Source: an uncultured Candidatus Saccharibacteria bacterium (GTDB taxonomy: Bacteria > Patescibacteriota > Doudnabacteria > UBA920). Taken from it: a stretch of 60,630 nt of DNA. The notes below the pieces were generated by a model, which was not told where the DNA came from, did not search any database, and saw only the letters and a list, made by a program, of their open reading frames with translations. The position numbers were made by a program, and so were the translations under genes. The DNA lies in contig CAZFTX010000006.1 in the NCBI GenBank assembly GCA_964521955.1, positions 1-60,630 on the forward strand, written 5' to 3'. Below are positions 36,164-44,457 of the stretch, piece after piece. The first letter of the stretch is position 1. The number at the start of each line of letters is the position of its first letter.

Positions 36164-37613
36164 TTGATTCATCAACAACTCCTTCCATGACATTGGAAGG
36201 GGAAACGTCGAAAGTTTTATCCAAATTCTTAAAGCTGGTTTTGTCTGCGTCAAAGAACAAATCCACCTGACCAGTAGGACCGTTTCTGTGCTTTTTAATG
36301 TGAATTTCAGCCACATTTGGCCTTCTGGAATCCTTACCTTTATACATGTCTTCGCGATAAATAAACATAACCACGTCAGCATCTTGCTCAATGGAACCCG
36401 ACTCTCTAAGGTCGGCTAATTGCGGAACTTTGTCCGGCCTGTTTTCCACACCACGTGAAAGCTGGGACAAAGCTAAGACAGGAATATTTAGCTCTCTGGC
36501 CAAAATTTTCAAAGACCTGGAAATTTCTGAAACTTCCTGAACACGATTATCAGTACTGCGCCCAGACATAAGTTGTAAATAGTCAACTACTAAAAGCCCC
36601 ACACCATGCTCACTTTGCAGTCTTCTCGCCTTTGTCCTTATTTCCATAATATTACTTCCCGCCGCGTCATCTATAAAAATTGGACTTTCTGAAAGCACAC
36701 CCATTGCTTCGCCAATTTTTTCAAAATCTTGATCATTTAAATGTCCGGTTCGAATCTTCCATAAGTTAACGTCGCTTTGCGCTGAAAGCAACCTGTCTAC
36801 CAGTTGGTCTTTGCTCATTTCCAAAGAAAATATTCCAACCGGAACTTTCAAACTCACACCTACATGGCGAATAATATCTAAGGCCAAAGAAGTTTTTCCC
36901 ATGGAAGGCCTTGCAGCCAAAATTACCAAATCAGATTTTTGTAAACCACCAAGTTTTTGGTCCAAGTCAATAAATCCACTGGCCAAACCACGTAATTTTC
37001 CTTGGTCACGGTGCAGTTCATCTATTCTTTCAAAAGTTGTCGACAAAATAGTGTTAATGGAAACAAAATTTTGTTTTAAATGCTGCTGCGAAACAGCAAA
37101 CAACCTTTGTTCAGCTTTGTCTAAAATGTCTTCAATTTCGTTTTGCTCTTCATAGGCCAAGTTAGAAATATCACCGGCAGTTTGAATAAGCCTTCTTAGT
37201 GTACCTTTTTTTCTAACAATAAAAGCATAATGAACCACATTGGAAGCAGTGGGTACGGCATTTACTAGTTCGGTTAAATAGCTAGAACCGCCAATTTTAT
37301 CCAAAAGTTTTTTTTCTTCCAAAACATTCGTTAAAGTCAAAATGTCTATGGAAGTATTTTTTGCAAACAAAGACAAAATACATTCGTAAATTTGTTTATG
37401 GCGGTTTTCGTAAAAATCATCGGCCACAATTAAATCCGCAACTTTAATAATTGCGTCTTTGTCTAACATTAAACTGCCTAAAACCGAAACTTCAGCTTCA
37501 GTGTTTTGGGGGGTCAATCTTGCAATAGTAGAGTTGTCCATAGAATGATACTTGGATGGATAAACCCGAGCTGCGGAGCTATAAGAATTAAATGTTTGAA
37601 ATTCTGTAGTCAT
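36156..37613 (-). CDS. dnaB: replicative DNA helicase DnaB
   Basis: PQNTEAEVSVLGSLMLD, AARPSMGKTSLAL, LVVDYLQLM, ALSQLSR, IEQDADVVMFIYR. Confidence 0.95.
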   Translation of the reverse strand: MTTEFQTFNSYSSAARVYPSKYHSMDNSTIARLTPQNTEAEVSVLGSLMLDKDAIIKVADLIVADDFYENRHKQIYECILSLFAKNTSIDILTLTNVLEEKKLLDKIGGSSYLTELVNAVPTASNVVHYAFIVRKKGTLRRLIQTAGDISNLAYEEQNEIEDILDKAEQRLFAVSQQHLKQNFVSINTILSTTFERIDELHRDQGKLRGLASGFIDLDQKLGGLQKSDLVILAARPSMGKTSLALDIIRHVGVSLKVPVGIFSLEMSKDQLVDRLLSAQSDVNLWKIRTGHLNDQDFEKIGEAMGVLSESPIFIDDAAGSNIMEIRTKARRLQSEHGVGLLVVDYLQLMSGRSTDNRVQEVSEISRSLKILARELNIPVLALSQLSRGVENRPDKVPQLADLRESGSIEQDADVVMFIYREDMYKGKDSRRPNVAEIHIKKHRNGPTGQVDLFFDADKTSFKNLDKTFDVSPSNVMEGVVDESTN

Positions 37614-37709
37614 CTGTGGCTTATTACAGATGTTCTGTAGTCATTTTAGGTGCAATAAGTAAATTGGGCAAATCCACATCAAGGGGATAGTGGGGATAGA
37701 TCTTTAGTA

Positions 37710-37738
37710 TTGACAAAACTTACTTTTTGTGCTATAAT
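37710..37738 (+). promoter_or_regulatory. consensus sigma70 promoter of GC-rich cassette B
   Basis: TTGACA (37710-37715), 17 nt, TATAAT (37733-37738). Confidence 0.7.
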
Positions 37739-37890
37739 TATCGCCAGTTTTTACATTATTCTTTTAAAATTAAAGCGATATTTAACTTTTTTCAAATTAG
37801 GCCTTGTCTTATTCTTAAATACATGCTCTAATTCTTTTTACTGGGAAATCAAATCGCCAGTAATCTCAACCACAAACAGGGAGGTAAAAA

Positions 37891-38052
37891 GTGGAAAAAT
37901 TCTGGGAAGTTCGACCCGAAGGCTTTTTGGGAAGTAACGAAGAAAAATTCTGGATCGAGACAATAGGAGCCATCATCATGTTCACTCTGGTGAATGTGCT
38001 TCTGAAACTGGTCATTCTCGCAGCAGCTCTGGAGGCGACGTTCTTGCGATAG
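37891..38052 (+). CDS. 53-aa single-TM peptide ORF (cassette B, a)
   Basis: GGGAGG (37879-37884) sits 6 nt before GTG 37891. MEKFWEVRPEGFLGSNEEKFWIETIGAIIMFTLVNVLLKLVILAAALEATFLR. Confidence 0.5.
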   Translation: MEKFWEVRPEGFLGSNEEKFWIETIGAIIMFTLVNVLLKLVILAAALEATFLR

Positions 38053-38060
38053 GGGGTACA

Positions 38061-38207
38061 ATGCCAACAGCTAAGAAGGCCATTACCTTTATGGCAATGG
38101 CTCTGATATTGTCTTTCTTCGTATTTATCATCTGGTGGTTGGATCACCGAAATCCACACCACAAGCAACAACGGACACCAGCCCAGGCGAAGATGCGCCT
38201 GGCATGA
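38061..38207 (+). CDS. 48-aa single-TM peptide ORF (cassette B, b)
   Basis: AGGGGG (38051-38056) sits 4 nt before ATG 38061. MPTAKKAITFMAMALILSFFVFIIWWLDHRNPHHKQQRTPAQAKMRLA. Confidence 0.5.
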   Translation: MPTAKKAITFMAMALILSFFVFIIWWLDHRNPHHKQQRTPAQAKMRLA

Positions 38208-38220
38208 AAAGAGGGGGGTC

Positions 38221-38328
38221 ATGAAAATCTGGCTAACAGACATCGGTCTGCCAATTGTAGCCGTGTTGGCGTATCTAGCAACACTCGCCTGGATGGGGAC
38301 AGCAGTCTACCGCCTCTCCTGCGGCTAA
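38221..38328 (+). CDS. 35-aa single-TM peptide ORF (cassette B, c)
   Basis: GAGGGGGG (38211-38218) lies just before ATG 38221. MKIWLTDIGLPIVAVLAYLATLAWMGTAVYRLSCG. Confidence 0.5.
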   Translation: MKIWLTDIGLPIVAVLAYLATLAWMGTAVYRLSCG

Positions 38329-38357
38329 AAACCAAGCACCAATTGAAGGAGGAACGC

Positions 38358-38384
38358 ATGAAGCAAAAACGAGGGCCGCCCTAG
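38358..38384 (+). CDS. 8-codon mini-ORF ending inside the terminator stem (cassette B, d)
   Basis: GAAGGAGG sits 5 nt before ATG 38358. MKQKRGPP. The stop lies in the hairpin loop. It may be non-functional. Confidence 0.25.
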   Translation: MKQKRGPP

Positions 38385-38414
38385 CAGTACTTTAGGCGGC
38401 CCTTTGAATTTTTT
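38373..38414. terminator. bidirectional intrinsic terminator shared by cassette B (+) and cysS (-)
   Basis: GGGCCGCC (38373-38380) / GGCGGCCC (38395-38402). T-tract TTTGAATTTTTT on plus; CGTTTTT on minus. Confidence 0.8.
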
Positions 38415-39927
38415 ATATACTTATTTTCTTTTTAACTCTTTGACCTTCGGGAGTGTCCATAACTTCATATCCTAGGTCTTCTATTTCTTTTCTTAACTCA
38501 TCGGATTTTTTAAAATCCTTTTGCTGTTTAATTATCTCCCTTTCATTTAACAAATTCTGGATTTCTTCTGGTATATCTTGTTCTTTTTGTTTTGAGCTAG
38601 CTAAGTTTAAACCTAAAACTTTATCAAATTTTAAAATTGTGGCTTTTTTTATTTCTAATGATATCAACTTATTGTCTACAAATCTCCACAAAACAGCCAA
38701 CGCTTTAGGTATATTTAGATCATTATTAATTGCTTGATTAAAATCCTCATCTACATCCTCATCTACATTCCCGATAGGTACATCCGCATAAAAATCAATA
38801 TCATATAGTCTAAGCCTAGCAATTCGAGCTGACTCTAAAGCTTCCCAAGTAAAATTTAATTGGGTGCGATAGTGAGCTTGTAAACACAAATAACGAAAAT
38901 CTAAAGAATTAAATCCTTTTTCTTTTAACATATCAAGTGTGATAAATTTTCCCAAAGATTTTGACATCTTTAAATTGTCAGATTCACCACATTTTGGGCA
39001 CTTTCCATAATTATCTTCGACTTTAGCAATCTCAACCTTTACTATACTTGAGTGTGTTGAAAACAAATGACCACAATTAAAACATTTATAAGGTGGTAAA
39101 ATTAAAAATTCTCCGTGCATCCAAATGTTCGCTAGTGGAGTTTCAAAAGCAGCTTCGCTTTGAGCAATTTCATTTGTATGATGCGTACCAATATGATCTA
39201 CACCACCTGTATGAATATCAAAAGGTTGTCCAAGTAGTTTTCTAGATATTGCACTACATTCTATATGCCAGCCAGGGAACCCTTCGCCCCATGGGCTTGT
39301 CCAATGCAAAATGTGATTTTTATATCGTCCAACTAAAAAAAACCATAAAGCGAAGTCAGTTGGATTTTTTTTATCTTTATCGACAATAACATCTTCACGC
39401 GCACCTGTCTTTTTTTCCAAAAGTTTCTGACCAGAAAGTTTTCCATAATCAGGAAATTTTGAAGTATCAAAATATATTGCTTGATCACCTTTATAAGCAA
39501 ATCCCTTATCTAATAATATTTTAATAATATCAATCTGTTCGTTAATACTATCGGTTGCTCGAAGAACTTGATTAGGTTTAATTATATTTAATTCTGCCAA
39601 ATCCTTAAAAAACTTTCCCTCATATTTTTTCGCAACATCAAGAGGGGACAGACCCTCACGCTTAGCACCAACTTCCATCTTATCCTGACCTTCGTCACCA
39701 TCACCAACCAAATGACCTACGTCAGTGATATTCATGGCATGATTAACTTCATAGCCATTGTATTGCAAAGCACGATGCAAAATATCTTCAAAAATATATG
39801 TTCTTAAATTGCCAATATGAGCAAAGTCATAAACAGTCGGCCCACAAGCATATAGCTGAACAGTTTCGTTATTTATTGGAGCAAGCTCCTCAACTTTCTT
39901 AGTAAGAGTATTATATAATTTCAACAT
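38413..39927 (-). CDS. cysS: cysteine--tRNA ligase with Zn-ribbon insertion before KMSKS
   Basis: CGPTVYDFAHIGN (HIGH-like), GWHIECS, HHTNEIAQSEA, KMSKSLGKF. A ~44-aa insert with CFNCG...CPKCG (38971-39102). Confidence 0.93.
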   Translation of the reverse strand: MLKLYNTLTKKVEELAPINNETVQLYACGPTVYDFAHIGNLRTYIFEDILHRALQYNGYEVNHAMNITDVGHLVGDGDEGQDKMEVGAKREGLSPLDVAKKYEGKFFKDLAELNIIKPNQVLRATDSINEQIDIIKILLDKGFAYKGDQAIYFDTSKFPDYGKLSGQKLLEKKTGAREDVIVDKDKKNPTDFALWFFLVGRYKNHILHWTSPWGEGFPGWHIECSAISRKLLGQPFDIHTGGVDHIGTHHTNEIAQSEAAFETPLANIWMHGEFLILPPYKCFNCGHLFSTHSSIVKVEIAKVEDNYGKCPKCGESDNLKMSKSLGKFITLDMLKEKGFNSLDFRYLCLQAHYRTQLNFTWEALESARIARLRLYDIDFYADVPIGNVDEDVDEDFNQAINNDLNIPKALAVLWRFVDNKLISLEIKKATILKFDKVLGLNLASSKQKEQDIPEEIQNLLNEREIIKQQKDFKKSDELRKEIEDLGYEVMDTPEGQRVKKKISI

Positions 39928-39933
39928 GAGTGT

Positions 39934-39942
39934 ATTATATCA
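39934..39942 (-). promoter_or_regulatory. extended -10 giving leaderless cysS mRNA
   Basis: Minus strand: TGATATAAT, then 6 nt (ACACTC), then ATG 39927. Confidence 0.55.
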
Positions 39943-39971
39943 AAGACCTTAATTTTGGTATACTTTAGTTT

Positions 39972-40003
39972 TATCATATTTTGACGGCCGTCAAAATATG
40001 ATA
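39972..40003. promoter_or_regulatory. 32-nt perfect palindrome (core TTGACGGCCGTCAA) between the regulator gene and cysS
   Basis: TATCATATTTTGACGG|CCGTCAAAATATGATA. The core recurs at 40585-40598. Confidence 0.7.
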
Positions 40004-40008
40004 CTAAG

Positions 40009-40533
40009 CTATTTTAAGTTAAATCTCTTTTTCAAATCGGAATCATCATCTACCTCATCTACTCTTAAAATTCTAATAAACTTAATTAATCCGGTTTCTT
40101 TCAAATAATCAATGGCTTGCCGATTCAAAGAATAAGGGGAGATAAAAACACTGGCTTGAAGTTTGTAAAAATCATTTCTTTTTAACAAATACCGTAACTG
40201 CGCTCTTGTGTTTCTTGAATTTTCGGGGATGTCAAAAATTATCACCCTCCATTTACCATCCCAGTTCTTAGGCCTTTGTAAAACCGCTTGATGCATCAAA
40301 GTCTTAATCTCTCCTTGTTTCGTAATTTCTAAAAACAAAACCCCATTTTGCCTAACTAGTTTTAGGTAGCCACTGTTGGCAAGACGGTTAATAGCCGTCT
40401 TAAAATACTCCTTAGATAAAGTAGGGTGCTTTTGTTTTACTTTTTGATAACTCTGACCGAAGGTTTCAGAAAAAGCTTTATAAAAGTAAAGTAAAATATC
40501 TTCAGTAATTTTAAGTTTGACACTTTTTCCCAT
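40009..40533 (-). CDS. PaaX-like / Cas2-fold winged-helix regulator (hypothetical)
   Basis: N-terminal wHTH-like region (AINRLANSGYLKLV). C-terminal WDGKWRVIIFDIPE..R..R..LR..LKRNDFYKLQASVFISP resembles the PaaX C-terminal/Cas2-like pattern. Confidence 0.5.
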   Translation of the reverse strand: MGKSVKLKITEDILLYFYKAFSETFGQSYQKVKQKHPTLSKEYFKTAINRLANSGYLKLVRQNGVLFLEITKQGEIKTLMHQAVLQRPKNWDGKWRVIIFDIPENSRNTRAQLRYLLKRNDFYKLQASVFISPYSLNRQAIDYLKETGLIKFIRILRVDEVDDDSDLKKRFNLK

Positions 40534-40584
40534 AGCTTAAAATCAATCTATCTAATATTACATAAAATCTATCGGTATCACATT

Positions 40585-40598
40585 TTGACGGCCGTCAA
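40585..40598. promoter_or_regulatory. second TTGACGGCCGTCAA palindrome, ~50 nt upstream of the regulator start
   Basis: The exact 14-mer is shared with 39981-39994. Confidence 0.65.
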
Positions 40599-40628
40599 TT
40601 CATGTCGGAAAATAATTACTATTAAATT

Positions 40629-42329
40629 TTACTTCCCCAAAACCTGTAAGTGCTGCTTTTTTAGCTTTTTTAGATTATTTAAATTAAAGTCTTTTTCTAA
40701 AATATGGCTTAAATGAGTTCCGCTAATAAAGTGAGGGGAGAGGGCATAGTCAATTTCCTTTTCATACATTAACTTTGCTTCCTGTTCATTTTGCGCGGCA
40801 AAAATAAGTTTAGATTTAACTTTCCCTTTTTTAGAAAGTTTTTTAACCCCATCCAACAAAGCCAAATTGTCCTCAAAGTCCGGCACCGTAGAAATAATTA
40901 ATTTTGCGTCTTTTAAATTTGCCTGTTCTTGTATAAACGGGTCAGTTATGTCACCACAAATTGTTACAAATCCGGCTTCAGAAAACTTTTGAGCAACTTC
41001 CGGGTCAAAGTCAACAACAACCAATGAACTTTTATCTAAAGAGTTTATCAAATGCGAACCTAGACGGTTAACTCCAATAAGTACAACGTGGTTTTTTAGA
41101 ACTAAGTCACCGGACTTATGTTCGGCTGAGCCTTTTTTAAAATCAAATTTTACAAGCAAAGGCCTGAAGTACTCAAAAATCTTTCTTGTATGCAAAATCA
41201 TATAGGAAGAGGCGGTAATGGTTACCAGCCCGACTAAAGTAACCATTCCTAAAACTTCGTCGGAAACATGACCAAGTTTTCTTCCCAAAACCACAAGTAT
41301 AAAACTAAATTCTGAAATTTGTGCAACAGTGACAGATGCAAAAAAAGAAGTTCGGGGCTTATACCCTAAAAAGCTCATGACCAAAAACACGCTTAAGGGG
41401 TTTATTATTAAAACAACTGCCGAGAAAATTAATGCTGGCCAAACAAAGCTTCCTAAACTTCCCAAACCCAAATTTGCACCAAAGACTATGAAAAACAAAA
41501 TAATAAATAAATCCCTAATTGGTCTAATTTTGGCTTGAATTTCAAAATGCACCTGGCTGTTAGCTAGGGCTAAGCCAGCTAAAAAAGCCCCTATTTCTAT
41601 ACTAAAACCAACCCAAGGCAAACTTGCAAAAGCCGCAAGACCTAACGCCCATGCCATTGAAAAAATTAAAAGCAAGTCTTCTGACTTACCTAAACGTAAA
41701 AGCAACCGAGGGAAAACTTTATTGGAAAGATAAAACAAAATTAAAAACAAAAACAATGCTTTAACTAAAGTAAAAATAAATATCTGCCAGCCTGGAATTC
41801 CAAAAAAATCACCCTGCGTGCCGGCGCCACCTAAAAACAAAAGTATACCCATTGCAGCAAAGTCCTGAACTATCAAAAACCCAACGCAAATACGAGCATA
41901 CAAGCTCTGCATGTCTTTTTTTTCAGTCAGCAGTTTAACAACTATTATTGTTGAAGAAAAAGACAAAGCTACGGCAATATACAAACCGGCTATGTTGCTA
42001 AAGCCTAAAGCCTTAGCAACAAAAAAACCAACTATTACCGATACTAAAATTTGGCCTATACCTGTCAACAATGCAGTTTTACCCAATTGTTTAACCCGTT
42101 TAAAGTCTAGCTCCAAGCCGACCATAAACAAAAGCATGGCAATACCAATTTGCCCCAAAGCTTCCAAAGAATGACTTTGCTGTAAACGATAGTATCCCAA
42201 AGGGCCCACAATAACTCCGGTTAAAATATAAGCTAAAACGCTTGGCTGTTTTAACCAAGAAATTAAAATTGCTATGACACCCGCAACCAAAAGCACTAGG
42301 GCTATTTCATAAAATAAACTATATTCCAA
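40629..42329 (-). CDS. CPA2 (Kef-type) cation:proton antiporter with C-terminal TrkA-N/RCK domain
   Basis: ~12 TM helices, then VVLIGVNRLGSHL Rossmann-like RCK segment. Confidence 0.85.
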   Translation of the reverse strand: MEYSLFYEIALVLLVAGVIAILISWLKQPSVLAYILTGVIVGPLGYYRLQQSHSLEALGQIGIAMLLFMVGLELDFKRVKQLGKTALLTGIGQILVSVIVGFFVAKALGFSNIAGLYIAVALSFSSTIIVVKLLTEKKDMQSLYARICVGFLIVQDFAAMGILLFLGGAGTQGDFFGIPGWQIFIFTLVKALFLFLILFYLSNKVFPRLLLRLGKSEDLLLIFSMAWALGLAAFASLPWVGFSIEIGAFLAGLALANSQVHFEIQAKIRPIRDLFIILFFIVFGANLGLGSLGSFVWPALIFSAVVLIINPLSVFLVMSFLGYKPRTSFFASVTVAQISEFSFILVVLGRKLGHVSDEVLGMVTLVGLVTITASSYMILHTRKIFEYFRPLLVKFDFKKGSAEHKSGDLVLKNHVVLIGVNRLGSHLINSLDKSSLVVVDFDPEVAQKFSEAGFVTICGDITDPFIQEQANLKDAKLIISTVPDFEDNLALLDGVKKLSKKGKVKSKLIFAAQNEQEAKLMYEKEIDYALSPHFISGTHLSHILEKDFNLNNLKKLKKQHLQVLGK

Positions 42330-42433
42330 ATTTTTTAATTTATGTTTCTAAAAACTTTAAACTTTTTACCATTATAACAAATAATAATTAAAACTTGCAA
42401 AAAACCCATAAAATCATTATAATTTAGAAAGTT

Positions 42434-43006
42434 ATGGTAATTGATTCTATATTTTTCATTGGTCCCCAAGGTTCCGGCAAAGGCACGCAAGCCAAGCTTC
42501 TTTCAGAGCGCTTGGGTTTTTTTTATTGGGAAATGGGCGGCATACTCAGAGCAATGAGAACTGAATCCACACCATTAGCTAAAAAGGTTACCGAAACCAT
42601 TGACCAAGGCATTCTTTTAACCGACGAAGTCTTGCTTGAAGTTGTTAAACTTAAACTTTCCGAAATTCCAAGCAATAAGGGAGTAATTTTCGACGGTGTA
42701 CCCAGACGCTTGGGCCAAGCTGAATTTTTACTTAATGCTTTAAAAGATTTAGGCAGAAAAAATCTAGTTACATTTTTTGTAGATTTACCTAAAGAAGAAA
42801 GTTTAAAAAGACTTTTATTACGAGCTGAAAAAGAACACAGAGCGGACGACACTAAAGAAAAAATTGAACTTAGACTTAAGCAGTACCAGGAAGACACTGT
42901 GCCGGTTTTGGATTTTCTAAAAAACAAGACGGAATTTTTTGAAATTAACGGCAACCAAGAGGTAAATAAGGTTACCACCGATATATTTCAAAAATTAAAT
43001 ATCTAA
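42434..43006 (+). CDS. adk: adenylate kinase (short-lid)
   Basis: FIGPQGSGKGTQAKLLSERLGF, ILLTDEV, IFDGVPRRLGQAE, RADD. Confidence 0.9.
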   Translation: MVIDSIFFIGPQGSGKGTQAKLLSERLGFFYWEMGGILRAMRTESTPLAKKVTETIDQGILLTDEVLLEVVKLKLSEIPSNKGVIFDGVPRRLGQAEFLLNALKDLGRKNLVTFFVDLPKEESLKRLLLRAEKEHRADDTKEKIELRLKQYQEDTVPVLDFLKNKTEFFEINGNQEVNKVTTDIFQKLNI

Positions 43007-43020
43007 AATCAGTATTCTAA

Positions 43021-43653
43021 ATGAATTCAAATAAACCCATAAATCTCATACTTTTAGGTGACCCGGCAGCGGGCAAAGCGACCCACGCAAAATACCTTTG
43101 CGAACGTTTTAATATGTACGATTTAGACATGGGAAAAGAACTTAGAAAAATCAAAAATCAATCCGCCAGCCGACAAACAAAAGTAAAAAATATACTAAGC
43201 AAAACTCTAGACAAAGGTAAACTAACACCTACCAATGTTGTCAGAAATATTTTATTTGAGAAAATCCATGCTACTCCTAAAAGCAAAGGTATCCTTTTTG
43301 ACGGTACTCCAAAAATGATTGGGGAAGCCAAACTGGTTACCAAATGGCTAAAAAATGAAAAACGCTCCAACCCTTTAGTAGTTTACATGTCAATTCCGGC
43401 AAAAGAAACGGTAAGAAGAATGACTATGCGAAAAGAAGATTTTGCCGGCAAATTCGGCAAAAGAGCAGACGACGACGCCAAAGCCTTGCAAAACCGAGTT
43501 AAATACTACCGAAATAATATTTCCGAAGTAGTAAAGTTTTTTAGAAAAATCTACAATTTTAAAAAAATTTCTTCCAATGCTCCAGTACCAAAGGTGCGAA
43601 AAATATTAGTCAACTTAATAGAAAAACACTTGGGTAATACTGATAACAAATAA
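43021..43653 (+). CDS. adenylate/nucleoside-monophosphate kinase paralog with atypical P-loop
   Basis: LILLGDPAAGKATHAKYLCERF, LFDGTPKMIGEAK, RADDD. P-loop GDPAAGKAT versus canonical GxPGxGKGT. Confidence 0.65.
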   Translation: MNSNKPINLILLGDPAAGKATHAKYLCERFNMYDLDMGKELRKIKNQSASRQTKVKNILSKTLDKGKLTPTNVVRNILFEKIHATPKSKGILFDGTPKMIGEAKLVTKWLKNEKRSNPLVVYMSIPAKETVRRMTMRKEDFAGKFGKRADDDAKALQNRVKYYRNNISEVVKFFRKIYNFKKISSNAPVPKVRKILVNLIEKHLGNTDNK

Positions 43654-43675
43654 TTTATAACTGAGAATTTTTTTA

Positions 43676-44437
43676 ATGAAGCAAGGGTTAATTAAAACTC
43701 AAAAAGAAATTGAAACTATTGCAGAAGGTGGTCGTATTTTACACGACATTTTACGCAAAACTGCAGGACTAGTTCGTTCGGGCATTTCTACATGGGAATT
43801 AAACGAATTTGCGGAAAACGAAATTGAAAAAGCCGGAGGTGTACCAAGTTTTAAAAATTACGGGCCAAAAAAAAATCCTTTTCCTGCCGGACTTTGTACT
43901 TCGGTTAACTCAGTGGTGGTTCACGGCATACCCTCTAAATCTGTTTTTTTAAAAAACGGTGATATTATAGGGCTAGACATTGGTATGGAATATAAAGGTT
44001 TCTTTACTGACACTGCCATTACTGTACCGGTTGGAGAAATAAATTCTCAGGCACAAAAACTTATTGAAATCACTAAAAAATGTTTAGATTTGGCTTTAAA
44101 AGTAATTAAAGAGGGTGTCAAAATAGGGGACATTGGCTACATAATTCAAAAAACTGCCGAAGACGCAGGCTTTTCAGTAGTGCGCGACCTTGTTGGCCAC
44201 GGTGTTGGCTATGCAGTTCACGAAGACCCTAGTGTTCCTTGTTACGGGAAAAAAGGCCAAGGCATAGCTTTAAAAGAAAACATGGTTTTAGCTATAGAAC
44301 CCATGATTTGCTCGGGGGAGTATTTTTTAACTTACGAACCCGACGGCTGGACCATTTCCACCAAGGACCACTCCCTTTCTGCCCACTTTGAACACACTAT
44401 TGCAGTTACCAAGACAGGCTGCAAAATACTGACTTAA
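43676..44437 (+). CDS. map: type I methionine aminopeptidase
   Basis: VVHGIPS, GDIIGLDIG, FTDTAITVPVG, LVGHGVG..VHE, LAIEPM, HFEHTI. Confidence 0.95.
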   Translation: MKQGLIKTQKEIETIAEGGRILHDILRKTAGLVRSGISTWELNEFAENEIEKAGGVPSFKNYGPKKNPFPAGLCTSVNSVVVHGIPSKSVFLKNGDIIGLDIGMEYKGFFTDTAITVPVGEINSQAQKLIEITKKCLDLALKVIKEGVKIGDIGYIIQKTAEDAGFSVVRDLVGHGVGYAVHEDPSVPCYGKKGQGIALKENMVLAIEPMICSGEYFLTYEPDGWTISTKDHSLSAHFEHTIAVTKTGCKILT

Positions 44438-44457
44438 ACATTTAAACATGCTTACAT

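Noticed and set aside
37660-37700. oriC / DnaA-box cluster (AAATCCACA, TGGGGATAG here; TTTTCCACA at 46532; TGTGGATAG at 50449; GTATCCACA at 59903)
   Set aside because: These are only single 7-8/9 matches scattered over 20 kb. There is no local cluster, no AT-rich unwinding element next to them, and no dnaA/dnaN nearby.
37710-38243. Track ORFs 37710-37937 (+), 37849-38067 (-) and 37866-38243 (-)
   Set aside because: None has a ribosome-binding site or promoter. The plus-strand reading, with three consecutive SD-start pairs and hydrophobic helices, explains the region better. The 37710 ORF starts inside the -35 box.
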